Below, one piece after another: positions 1 through 12,800 of a DNA stretch of 64,000 bases. The notes under the pieces were generated by a model. The model made no database searches and was not told where the DNA came from. It worked only from the letters and a program-made list of their open reading frames with translations. Every line of letters starts with the position of its first letter. Within the stretch, counting starts at the first letter, position 1. The DNA comes from Cyanophora paradoxa CCMP329 (lineage: Eukaryota > Plantae > Glaucophyta), in NCBI GenBank assembly GCA_004431415.1, contig QPMI01000533.1, positions 62,001-126,000 on the forward strand. Reading direction: 5' to 3'. The position numbers were made by a program, and so were the translations under genes.

Positions 1-215
1 CTCTTTCTATAGAAACGTCCCTGGCCTAGCCGAGGCGCTAGAGCTTGAGCTAGCCTCACTTTATGGCGAGCTTGACTTGGAGGGCAGCTTGACTTAGAGG
101 GCAGCGCGCCATCGCTAGAGCCTGCCCCTGGGCTAGCCGTCGCACTCTCTCTCTCTCTCTCTCTCCGCGCTCCCCGTCTCCGCCGCGCCTCGCCCGCTGA
201 CCTCGCCCCCGCCAG

Positions 216-920
216 CTTGATCCTGGCCACGCCCACCGGCTCCACGGCCTACTCCATGTCGGCCGGCGGCGCCATGCTCCACCCCAGGTACCTCCGTACC
301 CCTAGGGGAGGGTACGGCGTTGTTTGACGGGCGTGCGTGCGCACCCCCCGCAGCGTCCCCGCGATCCTCTTCACCCCGCTGTGCCCCCACTCGCTCTCCT
401 TCCGCCCCGCCGTCTTCCCCGACTCGGCCGTCATCGAAATCCGGGTACCCCCCTCCCGCGAACCCGGTTTCGCGTACCCCGGCCGACAGGGGGACGCCCC
501 TCCCGCAGGTCCCGGAGGGCAGCCGCGCGCTCGCGTGGGCGTCCTTCGACGGGAAGCAGCGCACGAAGCTTAACCGGGGGGAGTCCATCGTCGTCCGGAT
601 GTACGAGTACCCCATCCCGAGTTCGCGAATCCCGTACCCCCCACCTCCACAATTTCGAGTACCCTGACGGACCCCGTGCCGGCGCGCGCAGCGGTGAACA
701 AGACGGACAACACGAGCGACTGGTTCGACTCGCTGGCTCGCTGCCTCAACTGGAACGAGCGCGTGGGGCAGAAGCCGCTCTCGGGCATCGCCAACGCGGG
801 CCCCCCGCAGCCCTCCATCAAGCCCGGGGTACGCTGCGCTTCGTTCGCGCTCCTTCGAGGGGTACTGACGGCCTTCTTCGTTCGCAGGGCCTCCCCGCGG
901 CGGCCGCCGCCGAGAAGTGA
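216..920 (+). CDS. NAD(+)/NADH kinase, 3' exons only (5' part lies outside the window or in the preceding intron)
   Basis: Spliced translation gives [18 protein letters not shown], then [18 protein letters not shown] and [15 protein letters not shown], which are NAD kinase motifs. Four GT-AG introns. Stop TGA at 918-920. Confidence 0.93.
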
Positions 921-1514
921 ACGGAGCCGGCGCTAGCTTGCGGCGCTCCTTCTAGGAGTCTTTCCGCCTATGCATAATGTGTAAAACGGTTTCCTGGGGT
1001 TGGGGTCCTTGTTTCCTTATCATGATCATGATCAGACCACTAGATTGTTACAGGCAGATCAGTGTTTGTTTGCCGACCGAGTACATACACCAGATGTCCG
1101 CATCCTGCAGGTCGCCGCCGCATGCTCCGGGCGCGGGGCCGGCCCCCGGGCCCAACTGGTGGCTGAACTGGGCACACTGTGACTTAAAGCCCGGCCCGGC
1201 ACATCCAGAGCGAGCCTCGGAGATTGAAAGGTGAAGAGCGCGTTTCTACGCGATGCAAATTAATTAAAGACAACGCGAAGAAGACAGAATGCAGTAAAAT
1301 CAGAAACTCATGAAAAAAGTAGCCTACATGCTACACTGTCCGGGGCCAGGCCAGGCAGGGAGGGGGTCCGCGCTGTCCCCCAACACGGGGAGTGCGGGAC
1401 GCTCCCACATCGGGCATCAAAAACGGCCGCTCAAATCCATCCGCGCGCCGAAAGCACGCGCAAGCAAAGCCAAACGCTACAGTATGTGGTGTGCCTGCGA
1501 CTCGAAGGGAAAGC

Positions 1515-2855
1515 TCATTGCCAGAAGCGGGTGAAGAGGTCGAGGGCCGCTAAGGACGGTGATGCGGTGCGCATACAGATCGCCGTCGACCGCCACTCGT
1601 ACGCCCGGGACACGCCCGTGAAGAAGCAGAGCCAGGCGGGGACCGAGATGGTGTGGAAGAGCTGGTGCGAGTGCAGCCAGATGTCGAACTTGCCGGGCCA
1701 GAAGCGCTCCGGGAACCGCATCGCGAAGAGCGCCGTGCCGGTCGCGTACAGCAGCGCCGAGTAGAGGTACCACGGGAGCGCGCGCGTCGTCTCCTCGTGG
1801 CTGAACCCGTACGCGACGATCTTGTGGAAGTAAGGGGCCGCAAAGGCCGAGCCCAGCGTCAGGAAGACCGTCGCGCGGATCCACCGGTACTCGGGCCGGT
1901 CGAAGCGGTCGCAGCTGCAGGCGGCGAGGATGCCCAGCGCCGCGCCCAGGTACAGCAGGGTGTAGAACAGCCGCAGGTTCTCGTCGCAGTAGAACTCATA
2001 GTTGACCGCGGGGATGTTCGCGCCCAGCAGGTGGAAAGCAATGCCTGCGCGCGCGCGCGTGCCTGTGAGCGCCCCGCCGGCGCCCCGCCCGGCGCAGCGC
2101 GCCCGCGCGCACCGGCGTAGTCCATCCTTGAAAGGATCTTGAATGCCTTCATCGAGACCGGCATGAAGATGTGGAAAACGGCCGAAAAGAGGAAAGCTCC
2201 GATCCCAGTGATAAGGAAAGACGCGAGGTTCATGTAGTGCTCCATGCTGGCCCCGCGCAGATCGAAGAAGAGGACTTTGATGGTACAGGTGATGGCCATG
2301 GTGAGCCCGATGATGTGTGTCCAGATATTCATTGATCTGATGAGGCAGCGAATGTTAGCTTAGCAGGAAGACGCCGCAGACAGCGCCCAAGACGCTTACT
2401 CGTTGTGAAGGCAGCAAACAGACGCGAGGCATTCGCACGGGGTGCATTGGCAGCGGTGCCCGGACAAAAGGTATTCTGCGCAATGCAAAATGGCGAGGCG
2501 CGGGGATAGCAGTCAGAGACGGCCAGCCCGGGCGCACTCCCACGTGCGCGCGCATCGGAGAGCGACGCCGACTGCGGCCAGGGGGCTAACCGTTATCCCT
2601 GAGCCAGTCTGATGTAATATCCTTGAAAGATGTGAGCTGGACCCGCCGGGCGATTTCGCTAACGTAGGGCAGCCGGAAAACGATCGGTGCGGGCGACGCC
2701 TTCGCTGCCCTGCCCTTGACGGGCTTATCTGCGTCGGCCGGCTGCTGCTGGAAGTGGATGCTATCGCTAGACTCCGTACGGACGGGCGGTGTTGTTGGTG
2801 CGTCGTCGTCACGCAGCGGGCCGTCCGCGACCAGATCCTCGTTGCGGGGAGCCAT
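1515..2855 (-). CDS. PAQR / adiponectin receptor / hemolysin-III family membrane protein
   Basis: Spliced motifs DNEYLLSGHR, LHNESMNIWTH, SAVFH, MDYAGI and FPERFWPGKFDIWLHSHQLFH. Three GT-AG introns. Confidence 0.92.
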
Positions 2856-3152
2856 TAACGCTGTTTTAAAGCACGCCGACGAGCGGCGGCTTGCGAACGG
2901 AGGGCACGGCGCAAGGGCCGGCGAACTAATCACGCTGCTGTGCTTATTTATTGTGTACCCAAGCCATCCGCCCGTACCCCCCTTCGTCAAAGCCACACGC
3001 CGGCCGCCGCCTCTCCGACGCGCTCCAGCTTTCCGGCGCGTTCAGCAGGCGCCGTCGCACCGTCGCGCGACCGCGGCCCGCGACCCGGGCGCTGAAAGCA
3101 CCCATCGCGGCGACCGGGCCCGTCGGCGCGGTCGCTGGTGAGCGCGGCAAGC

Positions 3153-6100
3153 ATGGCGGACCCGCTGTCGATCCTGCGGGAGTACGTGAAGGACAAGAAG
3201 GACATCTTCTACGACAATGAGGAGCTGCACTTCGGGAAGACCCGCTTCAGCAAAGACGTGAAGACGGCGTTCAGGGGAATGAAGGGCAAGGGAGAGTTCT
3301 ACACCCTCGGCGCGCTGTACTTCTGCTGGAAGCTCGACAAGCTGAATGTCACGGAGTACCGCCAGGAGTGTAAGACCGCCGGCGTGTCCATCGTGTCGCT
3401 CGTCGACAAGCGTGATGTGCTCTCGTACCTCACGGGCGAGACGGACTCGTGCGCCAGTATCGCCGCGCTCCCCGACCTGCTCCCGGGCTCGTCGGTGCTC
3501 TCGGCCGCCGACCTGGAGGAGCCGCCGTCGAAGCGCGTGCGCGTCGAGGCCGCCGCGGAGCCCGCCGAGAAGCGCGCCTCCGAGCCGGCGGACAAGAAGG
3601 CGGAGAGCGCCGCCGTCGCCCAGCAGGCGCCGTGCGCCCCGCCCGCGCCCGCGCCCCCGCCCCCGCCTCGCGTCGCCCGCCCGCACGCCCGCCCGCCCCG
3701 ACGCCACCGACCGCGCAGGGAGCCGAGCGAAGGCATGTCGGTCGAGAAGATCGCGGAGCTGCAGGCGAAGCGCGCGGCGAAGAAGGCGAGGAAGCCTGAG
3801 GAAGGCGACAAGAAGAAGGTGCGCCAGCGCCTCCGCTTGCCGCTGGTCAGCCGGCCGCCTCCCATCCTCGCGCTCACGCTACGCTTCGCTGCGCGAAGGA
3901 GGCGGCCGAGGCGGATCCGACGGCGGAGGTTCTCAAGCAGGAGCGCCCCCTCTGCACTCGCTACACGATTTTGCAGAGCACGCGAAAGGCGCGCGAGCGC
4001 GCGCGCGCGCCGCCGCACCGCCCGCCGCCGCCGCCGACGCGCGCTGACGTGTCCGCGCAGGTGTTCACGAGTGTGCTGCAGCTCGTGAGCGAGATCCGCA
4101 AGAAAGAGGCGGGGGCGAAGAAGGACGGGGGCGCGGCGCCTGCGCCGGCCCCGCCGCCGCCGCCCGCCGCGATGCCGGGGCGCGCCCCGCGCCGGGCGTA
4201 CCCCTCGTCAGGCGGGACCGCTACAACGTCGACGACCAGCAGTTCTGGAAGAACCGACTCGAGGGTGCGGCGGGGGCGGGTTGATTCCGCGCGGGGCCCG
4301 TTCCGCACTTCGTCGTCTTCTTTGCCGTCGCTCAAGCTTCTTCGCCCTCGCGCAGGCCACGAGCAAATTGATCTGGACTACGCTGGGTCTTTCATGGCTC
4401 GCGCCGCGGCGAAGCCTGGCGCCGACTCCGGCGCCGGCCCGGCGCCGGACGCTGCTGCTGCCGCCGCCGCCGCCGCGCCGGCCCCGCCCATCGACCTCCG
4501 CCGCCGCCGCCGCCGGCTCGTCCGCGCGCCGCCGCGCCGGGCCGCGACCGGCAGGGCGCCCCCGGCGCGCCCCGGACCTCCTCCTCCTCCTCCTCGGGCC
4601 GGCCGGGGGCCCCCGCCCCGGGCTCCTCCTCCCGCTCCGCCCCGCCCACCGGCAGCTCCTCGAGGCCCGGTGGCGCCGCCGGCAGCCGCCCGCCGGGAGC
4701 CAAGCGAGGTGCCACCCAACTTTCTGATCTGAGGTGCCAAGCGATCTGATCTGATCTTCGCAGTGCACCCGATCATCGTGGTGCCGGCGGGGATGACGGC
4801 GCTCATCAACATGTACAACGCCAAGGACTTCCTCGCCGATGGCAGGCGCGTTCTCCTGGGCTGGGGCCGGGGCCGGGCTAGGGCTAGGGATGCTCCGGCA
4901 GACGCGCCCTCCTGGGATAGCTAGGGCTAGGCTAGGATGGAGCCCTTCGAGAACGCGGGCGCGGCCGCATCGTCCCCGCCCGCCGCTGCGAATGCATATT
5001 AGCCGGCCCGTCGGGCGCTGGGCCCGCCGCCCGCTGACCCGGGCGCCGCGCGCGCGCGCAGGTTCGTGACGGTGGAGGAGAAGCGCAACGAGGCCAAGGG
5101 CCTCCTCAAGAAGGTGCGAACGAAGCGGGGGCCGGCGGGGTACCGGGCCCGGGCCTAAGAAACGGCTACTGCCTAAGAAAGAAGCGCCGGCCGGCGGGGT
5201 ACCGGGCCGCGGGCCCGGGCCGCCTGGTCAATGCTGGAGCGCCGGGGACCTCGGGTCGGCGGCCGCCCAGTGCCAGCGGGCTAGTGCTCGAAGCGGCCGA
5301 GCGGCGGCTCTCGAAGCACCGGGCCGCCGAGCGCTCGTGCTTGAAGCGGGGCGCCCAAAGAAGCGGGCGGCCTGGCCCCCTAATGCTTCCTAAGATGGCG
5401 CCCTAAGAAACGGGCGGGCGGCCCAAGCTGCCGAGCGCCGGCGCTCGAGGCGGCTCGCTCTCTCTCGCTGACGCTCGCCGGGTGCGGCAGGAGCCGCGGG
5501 TGGCGGTGGCGCGGCCGGCGGCGGCGCCCCTCTCCTCCTCGGGGGGCTCCCAGGTCCGTCGAGAGCGCTCGCCCTGGCTTAAGAGAGGTTGGAGGGTAGA
5601 GCCCGGGGTTGGCTAGATGGGGCGCCCTCATCAGCGAAGCCATCCGCCAAGCTCTCTACTAAAGACCACTCCCGGGACCGCCCCAAAGCCAAGCTAGAGG
5701 CCGCTGTGCCTGTGTGGCCTCGCCGCGCCCCGTCCGCCCCCCTCTGACCTCCCCCCCTCCCCCCCCCTCCCCCCCCCCCCCCCCCCCCCGCGCGCAGGCG
5801 CCGGCGAGCTCGCCGCGGGGCCACGGCACCATCGAGTACCACATCGTCGACTCCGTCGACCGCTTCAAGTCCGAGGACTGGCGCGTACCCCCCGCACGCT
5901 CACTCTCCCCTTACTCGTCCTCAGCTAGCCTTCTAGCCCCCTTTCTACCCTCCCCCCCCCCCCCCCCCCCCCCGGCCCTTCTCTCTAAGCCTCCGCCCCC
6001 CGCCCCCTACTCCTTCCTAGCGTTAGCTCCCTCCCCCCACCCCGCCGCCCCTCGTCTGAGCGCCCGGGCAGGGAGCGGGTGGTGGCGGTCTTCACGGCGG

Positions 6101-6794
6101 GGCAGCAGTGGCAGTTCAACGACTGGCCCATGAAGAACCCCCCGACATCTTCGCCGCCGGTACCCCCCACCCCTTCCCCCCTCCCCTCCCCCCCCCAACC
6201 CCCCAAAGAGTTCTAGTTGTTTTCGATGCAGTTATTAAGCTAGACTAAGATTGAGAAAGACTGCACAAGCTAGAGCATAAATGATCGAATGATATCTCTG
6301 ACCTTGCTCCCCGCCAGTGCGCGGCTTCTACGTGATGTACGACGACGACAAGCCCAACGAGCAGATCCAGAAGTGGCACGTCGAGATCCTAAAGGCGAGT
6401 GCCGCGCCCCTCCCCGGTTTTTCTAGGCCTTTCTATCTTTCTATCTAGAAAGTGGCACGTCGAGATCCTCAAGACGAGCCCCGCGCCCCCTCCCTCCCTC
6501 CCTCCCTCCCTACGCGACTCTAGGCTACCGGCCTTTTTTAGCCTCCCGTCTATCCAAGCTCCTTCTCGTCTCCCGTGACCCCGCGCGGCCTCGCTGGCTC
6601 GACCGCCCTCCCCCCCCCCCCCGCCCCGCCCCCCCCCCCCCCCCCCCTCCCGCCTATCCCCTCCCCCGGCTGAGCCCCCACTCCCCCCGCAGATCAGCCG
6701 GAACAAGCGGTACCTGGACAAGCCGGCGATGCGGCGCTTCTGGGAGGTCCTCGAGGACTTCGCCCTCCACAAGAAGCCCTGGCTCGTCTCCTAG
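3153..6794 (+). CDS. CDC73: Parafibromin / CDC73, PAF1 complex subunit
   Basis: N-terminus MADPLSILREY...FYTLGAL...DKRDVLSYLTG, then ERPLCTRYTILQST. C-terminal domain PIIVVPAG..ALINMYNAKDFL, DWERVVAVF..GQQWQF..WP, ISRNKRYLD...FWEVLE. Several GC-AG introns. Confidence 0.93.
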
Positions 6795-7242
6795 GCGGCC
6801 GGGCCCGAGCCGGGGGGCCCGGGCGGCCTAGCTTGGGGCGGGCGGCCGCGGGGCCGGGCAGGCGGCAGCCAGCCGGTCTGGGCCCAGTCATAAGCTCGTG
6901 ATGGCAGATCATGGCCAGCGCGGAAGGCTTAAGGGTAGCTAGCGCTTTAAGTTTCAATTTGCGGGCAAAATATGCTCTATTATATCAATTGCACAAATGG
7001 AATGCGAATGAGGTGAGGCGTGGTACGATTACGACGGCGCAGCATGCGCACAGTGCAAGTGACTCAGTGATCGACCGGTCACGGCGGTACCGGTACCGCG
7101 CCGGCCGCGGCAGCCTGGCAGCATGTGCACGTGCACATGCATATGTTCGTATGAATTCGAATCGAACCTAGCCCAGCCGCGCGCGGGCCCCGCGGCCGGA
7201 GCCATTATGTTGTGAAGCTTATATATATAATTATAATTATAT

Positions 7243-8474
7243 TTAGACTCGAAAAATAGTGCCTCGGATGATGGGGCTACAGCCGTCGAGGACCTCGATG
7301 CCGCGTACGCCCGGGGCGGCGTACGAACTATCCTCGATGCGTTCAAAGACGTTCTTCACCAGCTTCCCGCGGCCGTAGTGGAAAACAAGCATCCCCAGTT
7401 TCTGCGCATGCGGGGATCCGGACCCCATGGTGAGAATTTGAAGCCTGGGAATCAGAAGCGCGAAAGAAGGGGATAAATTGAAAGCGCGACGGCGTGCCTG
7501 ATCTCGAACGCGGTTGCCACGAACAAGAGGATCTGCGTGCAGCAAGACCCCGAGAGCGGCCTTGCGGTTCGAGTAGATTTCATTGGCCACGAACTCGCCA
7601 GCGGCATGCTTGCCGATCCACACGCCGCACTCCCGGTTGTCATGGATGCGGTTGCTGCGGAAGGTGGGCGCTGTGCCGCGGCCCTGCACAAGCACCGCTG
7701 CCGCCCGGCAGCCGCTGATGTCGTTGTCCTCGATGGTGCCCGCCGCTCCGCTGTGAACGAATACGCCGTTGCATGGCGAGTCACGGATGATATTGCTGCG
7801 GATCGTCGGCGCCGTGTCCTGATCCCTGACTTCTATGCACGACATGGCTGCCGTTGTGATGCAGCAGTCCTCGATAACAGCACGGCTCCCGCGGCCGATG
7901 AAGACCGCGGGGTCGTTCGTGCTCGCGCCGCGAATGGTGATGCCGCGGAGGGTCGGCCGCGCCGACGCGATGCAGTCGACGGTCACGTCCTCTGTCCACT
8001 CGAGGACGGCGTCGCGCGTGCCGACGACGTAGACGTCCCTGTCCAGCACGAGCTGCTCGCAGTACCTGCCGCCCAGGCCCGCCTGTCAGATGCGCAACGA
8101 AGAATCCGTCCCGGGCCCGCAGCAGCGCCGACGTCGACGCTCGCATGCGCATGCGCGCACCGGCCCGGCTGCACGATCACCACTTGGCCCGGCGCTGCCG
8201 CCTGCACGGCCTCGCCGATTATTTTGTACCCTAGCTCACCAGTCCAGTTCACAAACAGAGGGGATGTCCGCAGCTGCAGGGCAATTCGCGAGACAATGAG
8301 CGGATCACGATCGCGATCGTATACGTACGCGTATATATTTATCATCAGAAAGGAGTGAAACTGAAGGCGGACCTTTTTTTGTGGGATCTTCAGAAAGGAA
8401 AAGAGCACCTTAGTCGCCGAATCCGGAGAAGCGAGAATATTGATGTGCGTGGCCATGGGAGGTGAAGCCGTCCC
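7243..8474 (-). CDS. Parallel beta-helix (PbH1/CASH, FBXO11-like) exons; inverted duplicate of 13200-14381; probably the 3' half of the gene starting at 9750
   Basis: GYKIIGEAVQAAAPGQVVIVQPGRY and repeats such as PTIRSNII and GTIEDNDI. Near-identical to the reverse complement of ~13425-14160. In-frame acceptor GCGCAG ending at 8475; internal ATG at 8456. Confidence 0.75.
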
Positions 8475-8776
8475 CTGCGCGCGCCCCGGCTTGGGTTCCC
8501 CGGGGCATATCTAGACATATATATAGCTATAGGGGAAGCTTAAGCTTACAATTAAGGCAGCGACGCATGCGCATGCGCATGCGCGCGCATGCGCATGCGC
8601 ATGTACCTGCACATTCGCGATCGAATTCGACGGTGAATTTGAATTCGTAGATGTCGACGTCGAAATCGATTTTGAAGTCGCCTTGAACGATATCGACAAC
8701 TGAGTATGGCGATGCCATGATCATTAATATTTCAATTGACCATGCAAATTAGAACGTTAACATGAAGCTAAGAGCG

Positions 8777-9750
8777 CTAGCATGATATCGATCTCGCCGA
8801 GTCGATTGCGAGCGGGCTGGGACGCACCCGCTGAGGGCGAGTGCGCAGGCGCACGCCCCGACGGCGTGTCGACGACGGCTTACAGCTAGGGTCGATATCG
8901 ATGTCGTTTCCGATGCCCAAGGCGGCATGCGCATCCGTAGCGCTAGCTACGAGCTCGGCGGCTCGGCGCAGGCACGACTCATTGGCCGCGGTTTCGGCCA
9001 GATCGCGATTGGTGCCGGCAAGCGCTTGCCCGTTGACGTTCCACGCGGCCGGGCCCGCGACGCTGGCCGGGGTCGGTGCCGGCGCCGCGGCCGGCCGCGG
9101 CCGCGGTACTGATGTCGGCTCGGGCGCGACCTCAAGTTGCAGCACCTTGTCTGGCAAACGCGCGGCAGTCAGCAATTGCAATGCGTATATATAGTTATAC
9201 GCGTGCGCAATTAGCAGGGTCACATGATCACGTGCACCCGCATGCAAAAAGTCCGGCATATCGCGCAGATCTAGCTGCTGCGGCGGCCTCGATCGCGAGC
9301 TCCCTCGGTGAAGTAAGACCAGAATCGTCTCGACATCTGCGCTATGTGTATGAATTTCACATGAGGGCATGCGCATATATATGCATCCGGCCGCATATGC
9401 ATGCACATGCGCAGCGCGTGCGCGCGGCCGCGGCTGCAGGCCTAGGGCAAACCACGAGCTGGATGGCCGCGGCCGGCGCCGGCGCCCCTGACCTTGCGGA
9501 CAGCCTCGAGCGATTGATGAGGCACCACCTTTCCCTCGCCCGTCATCACAAGAAAGATGAGCCGCAATCGCTGTCGCTCCTCGGCTGAGAGCTCCACCGC
9601 ATCGATATCGCCAACCTTGGTGAACTCAACGCTGTCGCGCATTCCCGGCCATCGCTCGAGGGCGTCTCGCAACGCGCGCTCGAGCTTTGACGGTAGAATG
9701 CCGATAAGAGCGACACGGACGGTTTTTGGGGGTCCTTCAGTAGCCGACAT
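8777..9750 (-). CDS. Uncharacterised alpha/beta (TIR/flavodoxin-like) domain protein, partner gene of pair 1; possibly spliced onto the beta-helix exons at 8474-7243
   Basis: ATG at 9750. Alternating strand/helix pattern VRVALIG / KLERALRDAL / RLIFLVMTG / SLEAVRKVR / DVETILVLLH / KVLQLEV, similar to the C-terminal domain of the gene at 32976-35538. Confidence 0.6.
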
Positions 9751-9881
9751 TGTGCCCCTTGCTCAGGCGTCGTGACATGCGTCGTGTCAGGCGCCCTGCA
9801 GCTGGACCACCTGGATCGTGTGACCTGGACGGGTACCCGGTACATCAGCCCTGTCGCCGGCGGCCTTGAACTGCAGCGGCA

Positions 9882-12800
9882 ATGCCGCCGCGCCGGACGC
9901 ATCAACCTTTGCGAGCAGCAACAGCAGCAGCAGCAGCCGGGCGCAGCAATCACAGCGAGCATCCCGATCACAGCCAAGTCATCCCGAGCAGCAGCCATTC
10001 GCCGCAGCCCGCTCACATCACCATTGCGGATGCAGGCAGTCAGCCCCTGGCGCTCTTGTGGGCGCTCGAGACGGCGTCGAGCTCAAGGAGCACGCATGAA
10101 GCTGAGCTTGTCGCTGTCAGGAGTCGAGCGAATGGCCCGCTCCGGGCAAAAGAGGACATGCTTGTAGAGCTTGAGGTGCGGTGGCTCAGTCAACGCACTG
10201 CTTCTGCGGTGCCAGACGCCGCGTCGCAGTTTGCCATTCCGCAGTGCCAGCGCACCTGGGACCCTGGCGGCTGTATGGTGCGGCTCTCAAAGAACCATGC
10301 AGCAGCGCACTTCGCGCCCGTCGAGGCGCCGCTCGCGCGCGGGGCGAGTGGTGTACGCTCGCGGGTGCGCCTCGCACTTCGACCGCTTGCGGACCCGCGT
10401 CCGCTTGCGGAGCCGCGTCAGCAAGTGGCACGGACGCTGAAGAGGCTACCGAGCGCTCTTGACTTCGAGCTGGAGGCCGGGGGGCAACGCGTCGGCGGGG
10501 GAACGCTTCCGCTCCGCTTTGGCGCGCCGCCTCCTTCGTTGCGAGCCCCATGTAGCGAGCTGAATCCGTCGCAGAGGATTTCACTGGAGATCTGCGCGAC
10601 CTGCCATCTTCGTGGTTACCGCCTCGCCTCCTCGTCGCCGGGCCTCCATCCTCGCTCAAGGTAGGCCGCCCTATTCGCCTCGGCACTCCTTGCCGCTGAA
10701 CAACTGCCCATGCAGACGGAGCTGATTGACATGATGGCTGCGTCCCTCTGTCGCACTGTGCCCCACTTATCTCAGGCCGGCAAAGACGGCGTCCGCGAGA
10801 TCGACTTGCGCGCGCTCGACCGCGGTTGGGGCCTCTCCGCCCCACCGCACTGCATCCTCATCGAGGCGGGGTGAGCCCCACCCTGTTTCTAGGATCGTAA
10901 TATCGCTTACTGGCTGCAGGGAAGCGGTTTCAGCGGCCACCGCCGCTCTGCAGCGGATCGCAGGCGACGCGCATGCAGTTTGCCTCTGCCTCCGAGGCTC
11001 GGCAGCGTCAGAAGACGCGGTGATTGAACCGCTCGGGACTGCTCAGGCCTTCATTCGGCCTGCATTGGATGTGATCCGTAGGATCGGTGCGGATTTTCTC
11101 ACTACCCCCCCCCCCCCCCCAGGAGCTCATTCCTCATTCCTCGTTCCTTATTCATTCCTTAACAGGCCTCCCGACCCTCGTGGTCATCACGGACGACTCC
11201 GAAGAAGGCCTCGTCGATCCCGACGCCGCGCTGGTTGCCCGCGAGGTTGTGGCGGACGCCCTCTCCATCCCCGTCGAAGAGGTCAGAGCAAACCAGCTCC
11301 GCCGCCTGGCCCAGCTCAAGTGCTTGCAGGTCCTGTTCGTGCCGGGCGTCTCACGCTTCGAGACGGAGCGCGCGAAACATTTTGAGAGCGACCGCGCGGC
11401 CTTCTGCACGCTGTTGCAGCTCGCGGGAGCGGCCCAAGAGCACCGGCTCCGGCGGCCCGACCACTTCGCCCTGGACGCCCTCCACCTCCGCAGCTTCGAC
11501 GGTGCGCTCCTCTCCGTTGTTTGCTCTGCGGAGTTCTCATCGAATAGGCAGCTCTTCGTGTTGTGTTTCTTATCGACCACGAGAACAACAAGGCCGCCTC
11601 TCTCTCCCTCCTCGACGGTCCTAACGCTGGTGATGCCGCCCGTGCACTCCTGTTCTTCTGGAGGGACGACCCCAATGAGGCGTGTATGCGCCCTTCCGTT
11701 CCAAGCAATCTTGAATCTGACACTTGAGGCTTGCAGGAGCGGCTGCGGGCGCTGGAGGACCCCGAGCGCTCGGCGCGCCCCGATCTAGTGCCGGTGCGAG
11801 CGGCGAGCGGGCAGCGGAACGCAGCGGACTTCGCGCTCACGTTCTGGGCGGCGGCCCTCCATGCTGCCTTGCCCGTCTGCATCCCGTTCTACATCGTCTC
11901 CGCGGACAACGCCGTTCTCGATGTCAGCCATCATCTCGCCTCGTGGCTAGGCGGCTCGCGGTCCGTCCGCCGCCTTCCGGGCGTCCGCACGGACCTGCGA
12001 CCGTTGCTTCTGGAAGCTGTGGGAGACGATGACTTGCGGAAGACGGCGCTAGCGGCCCTCGCCCGCCGTGCTGAGGAGCGCCTCCGGGCGGAGCGCCCAC
12101 GGCGTGCCTCTGCAGCTCTCCGGACGATCGCAAACACGGTCATGCGGGCTTGGGAGCGGGAGTGGTACGGCAGTCCCGAGGTCCTCATCCCGCACCTCGC
12201 TGCTCTTGGCGTCGAACTCGCCTTGGAACCTACCGGCGCCGAGGATTGGGTCGTGTACCGGTCGCATCTCCCTTCGCGAATGGCCGCCCGCCGGAGCCGG
12301 TACCCCCTCCTTGGAGACCTCGCGATCTTGTGGGTACGGCCCCATCCAACGCAATCTTCCAGCTCCGATGCCAATTCATGCTGCAGTTGGATCGGGGCGA
12401 TCTTCTGACACAGTCGGCCCTCCTCATGCGTATACTGGGTCGTCTTACTATGGACGAGCTGTCCCGTGTCGCAGCCATCAACAGCCTGTTCAGAGATCTC
12501 TGTCGCCCCCTTGCTTCGGCTTCTGCACTGCTGCCGGCGCCACGCGGGGCGACCCCTGTGGACTTCGACATGTCACCCCACGTGTCCCTCTTCGGTCGCG
12601 TCTGTCGCATCGAGTGCCGGTACGTCACGTCTTGGAATTGCAGATATATTTTATCTGTGCCTCCACGTCTCACATTCTAGCAGGGTCGATGGACTGAAGC
12701 TTGGCATTGCGATGTACAACGTGGTGTGCGGTCGAGAGCGCAAGTTCAGCTGCGGTTTCAAGGGGCCGTCGGGAAGCCTGCACAGGCGGGCCCTTGGCCC

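Noticed and set aside
7243-8049. Bacterial NosD or pectate lyase acquired by recent horizontal transfer
   Set aside because: It contains spliceosomal introns and follows an F-box-like segment, matching the eukaryotic FBXO11-type layout.
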